Notes: generated from the letters alone by a model not told the origin. A stretch of 41,774 nt of DNA from Malacoraja senta (GCA_038087875.1 JAXLNO010000470.1:124001-165774); one strand, 5' to 3'; positions 12,299 to 23,585 are shown, counted from the first letter of the stretch. Numbers and translations are program-made.

Positions 12299-15260
12299 GT
12301 GGTAATAACGGCAGGGGTAGAGGAAATAGAGCAGGGTATCAGTGGGGAAACGGAAAATCAAAATGTGACAGGAGGATCCAGAATGTGTGAAGATAAAGCT
12401 CTAGATGTAAAAGAGGCAAAAACAGAAAGGAAGGGTAGTAAAAATCATCTGAAAGTGCTGTATCTAAATGCACGGAGTATTCGAAATAAGATAAATGAAT
12501 TAACGGTGCAATTAAGTATATATAGTTATGATATCGTGGCCATTACGGAGACATGGCTGCAAGGGGATCAGGACTGGGAGTTAAATATAGAGGGGTACTC
12601 GACAATTAGAAAAAATAGACAGGAAAGAAAGGGAGGAGGGGTGGCCCTTTTAATAAGGGAGGGAATAACGGCAATAGAGAGGAAGGATATTGCGTTGAAG
12701 GATCAGGATAGTGAAACAGCTTGGGTACAGATAGAGAATAACAAGGGGAAAAAAACACTAGTGGGTGTAATTTATAGACCTCCAAATAGCTGTGACGCTG
12801 TTAGTCAGAACATAAATCTGCAAATAGTTGACGCATGTAAAAAGGGAACTGCTGTAATCATGGGGGACTTCAATTTTCATATTAATTGGGCAAACCAAAC
12901 TGGGCAGGGTAAACTAGAGGAAGAGTTTATAGAATGTATTAGAGACGGGTTCCTAGAACAGTATGTCACAGAACCGACAAGGGGGGAGGCAATCTTGGAT
13001 CTGGTCCTGTGTAATGAAGCAGGATTAATTAAAAATGTCATAGTTAGGGACTCGTTGGGAACAAGTGACCACAATATGGTCGAATTCCATATTCAAATAG
13101 AAGGGGAGCAGGTTGAAACTCAGGCTAGGGTACTTAGTCTAAATAAGGGGGATTATGAAGGTATGAGGACTGAGCTGATCAAAGTTGACTGGGATAGCAG
13201 ACTCAAGAATAAGACGGTACATGAGCAGTGGTGTACGTTTAAGGATCTACTGTATAACCTTCAAGAAAAATTTATTCCTATGAAGAAAAAAAGGGGTAAG
13301 GGTAAGAACAGTCAGCCATGGCTCAGTAAAACTATAAAGGATAGTATTCGGCTGAAGGCAAGGGCATATAAGGTAGCCAGAGATAGTGGGAGGGTAGAGG
13401 ATTGGGAAGCATTTAAAGGTCAGCAAAAAATAACTAAGAGATTAATTAAGACGGGGAAAATAGACTATGAAAGGAATTTAGCGAACAACATAAAAACTAA
13501 TAGTAAGAGTTTTTATAGCTATATAAAAAGAAAAAGGGTGGCTAAGGTGAACGTTGGTCCATTGGAGGGTGAGACTGGAGAGTTGTTGGTGGGGAACATG
13601 GAAATGGCAAAGGCATTAAACGAGTATTTTGTATCAGTCTTCACCATAGAAGACACAAAAAATATTCCAACGCTGGATAAACAGGGGGCGGTAGGAATGG
13701 AGGAGCTAAATACTATTAAGATCACCAAGGAGGTGGTATTAGGGAAATTAATGAGACTGAAGGAGGATAAATCCCCTGGGCCTGATGGATTACATCCAAG
13801 GGTCTTGAGGGAGATAGCGGTGGGGATTGTGGATGCATTGGTGATAATTTTCCAAAACTCCCTGGAGGCAGGAACGGTCCCAGTGGATTGGAAAATGGCC
13901 AATGTAACACCTATATTTAAAAAAGGAAGTAAACAGAAGGCGGGTAACTATAGACCGGTTAGTCTAACATCGGTGGTGGGTAAAATGTTAGAGACAATTA
14001 TTAAAGAAACACTAACGGGGCACTTGGATGGACATGACTTCATCGGACAGAACCAGCATGGTTTTGTGAAGGGGAAGTCCTGTTTAACGAATCTGCTCGA
14101 ATTCTTTGAGGAAGTAACAACCCGGGTGGATAAAGGGGAACCGGTGGATGTGGTATACTTGGACTTCCAAAAGGCTTTTGACAAGGTGCCACATAAGAGA
14201 CTATTGCTAAAAATAAAAAATTATGGGATTGGGGGTAATATATTAGCATGGGTAGAGGATTGGCTAACAAATAGGAAGCAGAGAGTGGGGATAAATGGTT
14301 CATATTCGGGATGGCAACCGGTAACTAGCGGGGTTCCACAAGGGTCGGTGCTGGGACCCCAGTTGTTCACAATTTATATAAATGATTTGGAGGAGGGAAC
14401 CAAGTGTAATATATCAAAATTTGCGGACGATACAAAAATGGGAAGAAAAGTAGTGGGATGAGGAGGATAGGAAGAGTCTGCAAAAGGATATAGATAAGCT
14501 AGGTGAGTGGGCAACAACTTGGCAGATGAAATTTAATACTAATAAATGTGAAGTCATTCACTTTGGGAAAAAAAATGATAGGGCAAGTTATTTTCTAAAT
14601 GAGGAGGAGCTGCGCTGTAATGCAACGCAAAGGGATCTAGGGGTAGTAGTACATGAATCACTAAAAGTTAGTATGCAGGTGCAGCAAGCTATCAGGAAGG
14701 CCAATGGAGTTTTGGCCTTTATTGCTAGGGGGATTGAGTATAAAAACACGGAGGTCTTGCTACAGCTGTACACAGTATTAGTGAGACCACATTTGGAATA
14801 CTGTGTACAGTTCTGGGGTCCATACTTAAGAAAGGATGTACTGGCCCTGGAGGCAGTGCAGCGAAGGTTTACAAGATTAATTCCTGCAATGAGGGGATTG
14901 ACATATGAGGAAAGGTTAAGTAGGCTGGAACTCTACTCTTTGGAGTTTAGAAGAATGAGAGGCGATCTCATTGAAACATATAAGATCGTGAGGGGCCTTG
15001 ATCGGGTGGATGCACCGAGGATGTTCCCAATGATCGGGGAAACTAGAACTAGGGGACATAGTTGCAGAATAAGGGGGGGCTCTTTTAAAACTGAGATGAG
15101 GAAGAACTTCTTCACCCAGAGGGTGGTTAATTTATGGAATTCACTGCCCCAGGGAGCAGTGGAAGCAGAAACATTAAATATATTTAAGTCTAAAATAGAT
15201 GGTTTTTTAGCTGCCAAGGGGATAAGGGGCTACGGGGAGAGGGCAGGGATATGGACCTAG
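12299..15260 (+). pseudogene. CR1-B ORF2p (APE endonuclease and RT), single frameshift near 14455
   Basis: YLNARS, ITETWL, GDFN, SDH, PGPDG, KFADD; continues in ORF 14526-15260 to GYGERAGIWT*. Confidence 0.92.
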
Positions 15261-17286
15261 GTAGGGTTAGTATAGTAAGACCTGAGTGATCTCCTGGACA
15301 AGTGTCGATCGCCTGGATTGGGGTCGGAGAGGAATTTCCCGGATTTTTTTCCCGAATTGGACCTGGGTTTTTATCCGTTTTTTTTCCTCCCCCAGGAGAT
15401 CACGCGGTTCTTGGGGTGGAGAGGGGTGATAGCTGTATAAAGGGGAGGGTAGTGTCTTGTGTTCTGTGTCTTGTGTCTACTGTTTGTGGGTAGGGGTGTT
15501 TGTTTGGTGTTCAGCCATGAGCGAATGGCGGTGCGGGCTCGATGGACCTGGTGGTCTGCTCTCGCACCTACTTTCTATGTTTCTATCTATGTTTCTATGT
15601 AATATATAGTAAAAATCCAATTATTCATAGTACAATTAGAATTTGGAAACAAATAAAATTAACGTTAAAATTAAGAAATCTATCACTTCTCTCACCTATA
15701 ATGAATAACCCTTCGTTTAAACCTTCTATGATAGATAGAGCTTTTATAAATTGGGAAAGAGTAGGAATTAAAACATTTGGAGATATGTATGATAATGGAA
15801 GTTTTTTAACATTTCACCAACTACAACTTAAATACAACTTGAGTAGTAATCAATATTTCAAATATTTTCAAATACGTGACTATTTGAAAAAGTATACACG
15901 AGAATATCAAAATATGTCTCCTGACCTGTTAGATGGGATAATGAATATAAAAGCGGAATCAGCTAATTTAATATCATACCTGTATAATTCCATTTTAAAC
16001 ATAGAAATTCCATCATCGGATGAGATTAGAAGAGAATGGGAACAGGAACTAGCTATAAAAATCTCGAAAGAGAGTTGGGATAAACACCTATTATATGTGC
16101 ATAAATGCTCGATTAACGTAAGACATACTCTGATTCAATTAAAAATTTTACATAGATTATACTATTCAAAAGCTAAATTAAGTAAATTTTACCCAAATAC
16201 CTCTGCTATCTGTGATAAATGCCTAATCCAAGAATCAACTATAGCACATTCTTTTGTTTTTTGTATAAAAATGCAGAAATTTTGGAATGACATTTTTGAC
16301 ATTTTCACTAAATTATTTAAAATAAAACTGAAACTGAATGCAGAATTGATTATTTTTGGAACAATAGAAGCAAGTTTGGAGCTGACTTCGTTTCAAAGGA
16401 GTTTTCTTAATTATGGCTTAATAACGGAAAAAAAACTGATACTGAAATTTTGGAAAAACGCTCCCACGCCAACAACAAAAATGTGGACTTCTAATATGTC
16501 GGAATTGTTACACCTAGAAGATATGAGATTCCTCCTAGCAGGTAAACAAGACCAATTCCAAAAGATTTGGTCTCCATATATCGACTTATTACAAACATAG
16601 GGTACAACAAAATGTTGATAATAAATGGTTTTAGGACCTAGCGAGGGGTGAGTAAAGATAAGAAGTAGGTACATCCCTTTCATATTGTCCTATCTTACCT
16701 TCTTTTTTCTTTTTTCTTTTTCCTCCTTTTGGTTTTTCTCTTTTTCTTTTTTAACTATTTCTTGTGGTTTAGGTCCATATGGGTGTTCCTGGACCACTCT
16801 TTCAATCACTCACTGACTATCTTTACTAACTGTCAAGTCAAACTGAAATGAAAGAACAGGTGCAGAGATATGGCAAATTGAAATCACGACACAGTGATTA
16901 AAGTGGGCGGAACCCCAGCCTGCCGAGGTCTGCCCGGGGCTTTCAAAAGGGCACACAGCACCAGAAGCCAGGAAAGAAGACGGAAGAGACTTGCGGGTGG
17001 GAAAACTTGAACAGTAAATCAAAAGAACTGTCCGAAAAGACTGCCGTGATAGCCAGAAAAAGGCAAGCAGGACTGATTTTCTACAGACCCGATTGGCAGC
17101 CGGTAAGGACTGAACTCTAAATGAACTGAGCCAAAGACTGCAGACCCAGAGACTCTGTTTAACCCTTTAATATCTGAGAGACGTCTGGCTAACGTGTTGA
17201 TTGAGAAAGTTTGAAATATGTGTGGTGTTAGTTTAAATAATAGCATTTTAAAAAATATGATAAAATGTGTTAAAAAACAGTAAAGA

Positions 17287-17739
17287 CGTGGTCTGCATTT
17301 ATAGAATTATTACAAACATAGGGTGCAAAGGTACTTTAAAAAAAATAAAAAATTGAGGTCAGGTAAGGGGGGATGATAGTTGAAGAGTTGGTATGTCCTA
17401 TTTACGTGATGCTCAAAAAAAAAAACATTTGTTTCTCTTTTTTTCTCTTTCTCTTTTCTTTTCTTAGGGTCTATTTCTTAACTCTTTTTCTTTTTGTTTT
17501 TAATTTCGCTCTTATAGGGTCTTCGTCCTTTTTTGTTGTTACATTTTCTACACTTTTCTACACTTGCACTTTTTCCTTCACTTTCTTCTTTCTTTCAATC
17601 TTTTCCTTTTCTAGTGTAAAAAAATAAATAAAGGGAGTACATTAATTGTAAGAAGATATAAATGACGAGTATTAATGTATGTGGTTGTAATGTAATGTAC
17701 TTCTAATAAATAAAAATTTAAAAAAATAAAAAAATTTAA
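17287..17739 (+). mobile_element. 5'-truncated L1 3' end with poly(A) and 15-bp TSD
   Basis: AAAAAACAGTAAAGA at 17272-17286 and 17740-17754, at a TT/AAAA site; ORF2 end AFIELLQT*. Confidence 0.9.
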
Positions 17740-18076
17740 AAAAAACAGTAAAGATTCATATGATATTAAGCTAAAGAAATTGGTAACAGTAATGGGCATT
17801 ATCTGTATTTTTCATTTAATGAAATGTGAAAATTATTTTAAAAAACAAAATGGCTGCTATGAGTTGGAATGTTAGAACATGTAATTTTACTTCGGAGTCA
17901 CGTGAGTTACTTCGTGAAGAACCCGCTCAGTGCGCAGGCGCGGCATTACGCCAGCAGTGCAACAGCGGCGGCAGCTAGAGGAAGGCTCTCCGGCTGCAGT
18001 TTAAAAGACGGACCGTTGGGTAAGTATGCTGAAGTTATCTAACGGAGAAGGAAAGTTAAAGACGTGTACTTACAAA

Positions 18077-19327
18077 ATGAGTTCACAAAAGAAAAGACTC
18101 TCGAAGAGAACTGCCCCCAGCTCATCTCCACCAGAGGAGCGTTCAATCTCAGGGGGGCAGCAACAGGCGGCAGGAACGCACATAGAGCGCTCCGCTATGC
18201 CCGAGACCGAGCCGAGCCCAGTCCCGCTAATGCCTGCACAGCGGACAGGGAGGAAAGCCATGAGGAAAAGTATCCGGCCGGTCATTTCTGATTCGTCAGA
18301 GGGGGACATGTCTCCACCGAAACGGAGGAGAGACAGCCGCCAGAGCTTACAACAGCTCTTGGAGCAGATGCTCCAGCGGGATGCGCAGAAAGAGCGTTCC
18401 CGCGGAGGTAGGTCAGGCACCTCCTCCACAGTGTCTTGTGCACTGCCCTCTGCTCCCTCATTACTGGAGGCTAGCATTGGTGACCAGGGTTGGGCTGGTC
18501 TGGAACAGGGGCTGGCGGACGAATTCGGCAGTATGCAAGGGGTGCAGGAGCAGGAAGAGCTGCTGGGTGTCGTGGACCGCTATGTAGCAACCCCACGTGC
18601 TGGAAGACCACTGGAACCAAAAATGGCGGCCAGCATAAATCATCTGTCAAATAAGCCCTTGCAGGAGAAGGTACTGCTTGAGGCGCTTGAACTTTACACA
18701 GCACCAGAGAACTGTGAGGCCCTCAGAGTGAAGACTGTGAACAGCCAGATCTGGGGGCACGTGGGGTCAAACATGCGTAACCATGAAGTCAAGCTACAGC
18801 GGATCCTGAGGCTCCTGACGTCGGCCATAACAGCCTTTGCTTGTTCTGTGGATAGTACGGAGATGGATACGTGCCAGCAGGATGTGCTGGCACTGATGTG
18901 CAACACACAATTTGAAATCAACAATCTCCGGCGGGAAAACATAAGACCTGCCCTCAATCCCAAATTTGCTGGGTTGTGCAGGGCCCCAGCTGCAGAGATG
19001 GATGCTCTGTTATTTGGGAAAGACCTCAATAAAAAACTGAGGGACATGGAGGAAACAGCGAAAACTTTCGGCCTCATGAGGGCAGGCCCCGGGACGAGCA
19101 AACCAAGAGCTGCAATACCCAAGCGGCAGCACCCCATGGCATCCACCAGTCGACGTCCTCAATATGGGACTGGTGAAAGCTCGGGGACCGCATTTTATCC
19201 CCAAAGATCTTTTTTAGATCAGGGCCCACAGCGGACCCCATGGAAAATGCGCCACCCCCCAACATCGCCAGCACGTCAGACAAACAAACCTTACAAAAAC
19301 CTCAGGAAACAAAAGAAACACCAATAA
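18077..19327 (+). CDS. DIRS-A gag-like ORF1
   Basis: Open ORF upstream of RT, homologous to DIRS-B ORF1 (VNS.IWG, CNTQFEIN.LR, IRPALNPKFAGLC, LLFG). Confidence 0.85.
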   Translation: MSSQKKRLSKRTAPSSSPPEERSISGGQQQAAGTHIERSAMPETEPSPVPLMPAQRTGRKAMRKSIRPVISDSSEGDMSPPKRRRDSRQSLQQLLEQMLQRDAQKERSRGGRSGTSSTVSCALPSAPSLLEASIGDQGWAGLEQGLADEFGSMQGVQEQEELLGVVDRYVATPRAGRPLEPKMAASINHLSNKPLQEKVLLEALELYTAPENCEALRVKTVNSQIWGHVGSNMRNHEVKLQRILRLLTSAITAFACSVDSTEMDTCQQDVLALMCNTQFEINNLRRENIRPALNPKFAGLCRAPAAEMDALLFGKDLNKKLRDMEETAKTFGLMRAGPGTSKPRAAIPKRQHPMASTSRRPQYGTGESSGTAFYPQRSFLDQGPQRTPWKMRHPPTSPARQTNKPYKNLRKQKKHQ

Positions 19328-21263
19328 CCATGGAGGTAGGTGGGTCTGGTTCCTGCCAGCATATAGACAATAAGGGTGCTTTACTAACAGGGGGGAGATT
19401 ACACTTGTTTAAAGAAGCATGGCTTACTGTCACGAGTGACAAGTATATACTCAACAGCATTAGTGGATATAAAATTCAGTTCATGTCAGAACAATCGCCG
19501 CCAGTTCAGCATTGGCCCCAAAGGGTATTTTCTCCCTCCGTCAAAGAGAAACGTGAGGGACAAGCTGAACTGGTGAGACTTATCACAAAGGGGGTCATCG
19601 AAAAGACCAAACATGAACCTTTGGAATTTGTATCAAATATATTCACTAAAACCAATAAAGATGGGGGATGTCGCATCCTCATCGACTTAAGATCACTAAA
19701 TAAGTTTGTTCAGTATATACATTTCAAAATGGAAACATTTGTTACTGCCAAACAACTGATTTCCAAAGGATATTTCATGGCAAGCATTGATCTTAAAGAT
19801 GCGTACTATTCAGTCCCCATACACAAAGATCATTGCAGATACCTAAAATTTATCTGGTTGGGGCAGCTGTGGCAGTACAAAGCATTGCCCAATGGGCTAA
19901 CTTCGGCCCCAAGATTATTTACCAAAATATTGAAAATAGCCATGGCAATACTAATAAAACAAAAACATATTGTCATGGCATATTTGGATGATATTCTGAT
20001 AGTAGGGAAAACGAAGGAATTGGCTGTGGCAGCAGTATCAGCTACAAAACAGCTCCTCGAAACTCTGGGGTTCGTCATACATCCAGATAAATCTAAGTTG
20101 AAGCCATCCACTATCATGGACTACCTGGGCTTCACAATTAACTCAGTCCATATGACTGTTACCTTGCCAAAGGAAAAAATGGTTGCATTAGCACAATCAT
20201 GCAACAATTTAATGGTCAACAAACGACCAACTATTCGACAAGTAGCAAGAGTGATTGGGAAAATGGTAGCAGCATTTCCGGCTACACAATTCGGACCTTT
20301 GCACTACCAAAATTTACAAAGAGCAAAGGTACAGGCACTGAAACGACATACAGGTCACTATGATCGTGTCATGAAATTACCCACTGAAGCAATATCAGAG
20401 CTACAGTGGTGGGCAGAAAATGTTTGGCATAGTGTCAGCTCTATCATTATCACTAACCCTACTTTAGTTCTTCAAACAGATGCCAGTGCTCAAGGCTGGG
20501 GAGCAACTAACTCCATATCCAGCACAGGTGGTAGATGGACTAACCTAGAGTCATCGTTACTACTGACACTGGGCATTAACTATCTAGAGATGTTGGGAGC
20601 CTTTTATGGTTTAAAAGCATATGTATCTACTATGCAGCACTTGCATGTTCGGTTACAAATTGATAATACTACGGTGGTGGCTTATATTAACCATATGGGC
20701 GGCATAAAATCATTATCATGCGACAAATTGTCAATGTGATTTGGCAATGGTGTGTCGAAAGACATATTTGGCTATCAGCTACTTATCTACCAGGTAAGCT
20801 AAACAAAGTGGCAGACACCAGGTCACGCAAATTCAATGATAACATCGAATGGATGTTAAACCCTAAAGTATTTGCTAAAGTTATTAAGCAGTATGGAACG
20901 CCAGGTATCGATTTATTTGCATCACGACTAAATCACCAGTTACCTATGTATGTCGCTTGGAAACCAGACCCAGAGGCAGCAGCGCTAGATGCCTTCACGC
21001 TGGATTGGGGAAAGTTCTTCTTCTATGCTTTCCCTCCCTTCTGCCTCATCAGTCGGGTACTTCGCAAAATACAGATGGACTCTGCTTCTGGAATTTTGAT
21101 GGTGCCCGACTGGCCTACACAGCCATGGTTCCCGGTTCTACATGACATGGTGGTTGAGTCACCAATGGTCTTTCCCAGTGATCCAGGATTATTAACTCAC
21201 CCAGTAACAGGCATAAGCCACCCATGTCATGAGAAAATTAAACTCCTGGGTTGCAGGTTTTGA
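19240..21263 (+). pseudogene. DIRS-A pol: RT, RNase H and Dam-like methyltransferase domain; one frameshift near 20730
   Basis: IDLKDAYY, LPNGL, YLDD, YLG; QTDAS..GWG, INYLEM, IDNTT; DLFASRLN, YAFPPF, PDWPTQPWF. Confidence 0.92.
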
Positions 21264-22233
21264 ATAGACCTTATCTGGAACTGGGATTGTCCGAACGTAC
21301 CATCACCACCATGTCGGCATCCCTTCGAACATCCACCAAGAGGCAGTACTTAAGCAGCATAAGAAAATGGGAGAAGTACTGCCAGGAAACAGGAACAACG
21401 TATGCAACAGCCACAGCCACCAACGTACTGGAGTTCCTGGCCCATCTACACCATGATGAAGGGATCAGTTACAGTGCCATCAACACAGCGCGGAGTGCTC
21501 TTTCTGCTTATCTCAAACCAGCAGGACAACTGGCAATGGGATCACATCCACTGGTGGTAAAACTGATGAAGGGCATTTATGATATCAAGCCCCTAAACCC
21601 AGGTATACCCATATTTGGGATATCAGTGTGGTCCTGACATACCTCAGGGAATGGCCACCAGCCAGATCCCTCAGCCTCGAGCAATCTACACTAAAGACGC
21701 TCATGTTGATGGCACTCGTATCCGCTCAGAGGGTTCAGTCACTACACAAGTTAAGGCTGGGCAACATGGTGACCACCCCAGATCAGATCACATTCATCAT
21801 ACAGGGTCTGGTGAAGCAAAGCAGGCCAGGAACAGCTAATCCACTGGTGGTATTCCGGGCCTACCCACAAGAGCCACGGTTGTGTGTCGTGACCCATCTA
21901 CAACATTACATAGACACAACCCACAATATCAGAGGGAGTGAAAAAGCCTTATGGGTCAGCCACAAGAAACCTCATGGCCGGGTAACGAGCCAAACCATTG
22001 CAAGATGGCTCAAACAGGTACTGAAGGCTGCCGGAATAGATACTAATACATTTAAATCTCATTCCACTAGGGCAGCATCTACAGCAACGGCGGAAAGAAT
22101 GGACGTACCGGTTGACCATATTCTGAATACAGCAGGATGGTCGAGGGAAACGACATTCAGAACTTTTTATAATAAGCCGTTGATGAAACCAGATTTATTT
22201 GCAGAGAAAATATTAGAAGCTGCAATTATATAA
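21251..22233 (+). pseudogene. DIRS-A tyrosine recombinase; one frameshift near 21600
   Basis: N-terminal core-binding domain (YSAINTARSALS); SAQR, K, HSTR, AGW and TFY catalytic motifs. Confidence 0.92.
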
Positions 22234-22400
22234 TTTAAAGCCCGGGGGAGCTATTTAATTTTGTTATTGTTAATAAATACCTTTTTTGTTTCTTGAGAAA
22301 CGGATTCATTGGTTGATTACGATAACACTTCCTCCCTCAAGAACTTCGGCAGTGAGTGAAATAAAACTGTTACACGGTTTGAAATCACAGAGCTTTGAAA

Positions 22401-22513
22401 TCTTCACGAAGTCACTCACGTGACTCCGAAGTAAAATAGTAAGATTAAACGAGAACTTACCAGTTTGAAGTTTGATCTGTATTTTATGAGGAGTTACGAT
22501 GAGGGATTACGTG
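22401..22513. repeat. DIRS-A internal complementary region (ICR)
   Basis: 22401-22436 is the reverse complement of the left terminus (17885-17920); 22437-22513 is the reverse complement of the right terminus (~22662-22738). Confidence 0.95.
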
Positions 22514-23121
22514 CCCTCCGCTCCCACCCTCATTATATGGATCAAACTAATAAATTGATGTCTCCTTTTCTTTACTATGTTTACTTCAAATACCTGTGTC
22601 TATCTGTGATTCCACACCGCTGCTTGGAGGTATGCCGCGCCTGCGCACTGAGCGGGTTCTTCACGTAATCCCTCATCGTAACTCCTCATAAAATACAGAT
22701 CAAACTTCAAACTGGTAAGTTCTCATTTAATCTTACTATTTTCTGTTATTTATATTTGGTTACAGTAATGTGTATATTTTTTGCCTTTGTGTCTAAAGGT
22801 TTTTCACCTGGTAAAGACTAAAACTGCTAAAAAAAAAACTGCTAAAGACTAATCTGCCAAAATAAAAGGTGGAAAATAAGTGTTTGGTCTGAGTGAATCC
22901 AGTTCATCATTTCGGGATAGATAAATCAAATCCCTTTCAAGCGGGGAGTCTGCACAAAAACATTAGAAGACTTGACACTAACTCTTTCTATCCTTTTTTC
23001 CTATTAAAGTTTAAAATAAGAAGTGGTACAAGAAAAGTATAAACTTACGTTATTGCAGATTACTGTAATGTAAAATACGTCTAATAAAAAAAAAATTTTA
23101 ATAAAAAAATAATTTAAACAA

Positions 23122-23585
23122 ATAATGGTATATGGACACACTGATCTGTTTTGTAGTCAATGCCTACTATATTCTGTTGTGCTGAAGCAAAGCAAGAATT
23201 TAATTGTCCTATCAGGGACACATGGCAATAAACTCTCTTGTCTCTTGTCTCTCCCTCTCCCAAGGTACTCTTGAACCAACTACGACTATCCACGAGTGGA
23301 AAAATGATCACACAATAAAAATGATGTAATGCAGCTTTTTTTCCCCTATAAAAAGCCTCCCAGGTTATTGTTTTAAATCATTCGGAAGCATGAGTGCAAG
23401 AAGGCAACTGGTGATCACGACGGCATGGAAATTAGTACTAGAGCCGTATGCAGCAGCCCTTTCGCTTGTGCAAGAAGGCTTGTACAATAAAGGCAGAAGG
23501 GAAAGAGTGAAGAGGAAGATCAAGAAGAGGTCTCAGTGGGTGAAGCCCCTCTTTCAAAGGAGATCTCGGTTTGGACAGTATGACA
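23122..23585 (+). repeat. Duplicated block: Rex1 tail joined to Harbinger 5' part (copy of 35789-36252)
   Basis: Same sequence and same Rex1/Harbinger junction; ORF MSARRQLVITTAWKLV in both copies. Confidence 0.9.

Larger units (their letters stand above)
10929..15600 (+). mobile_element. CR1 LINE copy B, full length and near-intact
   Basis: 5' UTR, intact ORF1, ORF2 with one frameshift, 3' UTR and tttctatg/ctat tail. Confidence 0.95.
8339..16600 (+). pseudogene. L1-1 ORF2 (APE endonuclease, RT, Cys domain), fragmented, with the RT C-terminal half deleted
   Basis: [69 protein letters not shown]; no YADD segment present. Confidence 0.9.
17885..22738 (+). mobile_element. DIRS1-type tyrosine-recombinase retrotransposon A, full length
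   Basis: gag, RT-RNaseH-MT and YR ORFs; ITR 17913-17946 / 22632-22665; internal complementary region 22401-22513; ATTTT at both junctions. Confidence 0.95.
16831..22977 (+). mobile_element. Solo LTR (~825 bp net) hosting an L1 tail and DIRS-A
   Basis: Starts TGTCAAGTC and ends GACTTGACA (9-bp inverted termini); CTAAC at both 16826-16830 and 22978-22982; AATAAA at 22861 gives the orientation. Confidence 0.85.
4035..23110 (+). mobile_element. L1-clade LINE L1-1, originally full length, expanded to ~19 kb by nested insertions
   Basis: 5' GGACTTCCGGTGGCG shared with L1-2 (36809). ORF1 pieces 4145-4150 and 5681-6656; ORF2 pieces 8339-9388, 9887-10891 and 15601-16600; 3' UTR 16601-16830 and 22983-23110, ending in AATAAA and poly(A). 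Confidence 0.85.

Noticed and set aside
16810..17246. Host exons in apparently unique DNA
   Set aside because: Lies within the TSD-bounded solo LTR; no recognisable protein.
17885..22738. Prophage, retron or bacterial defence system (RT + integrase + methyltransferase)
   Set aside because: The ITR/ICR structure, gag and eukaryotic TE context identify a DIRS1 retrotransposon.
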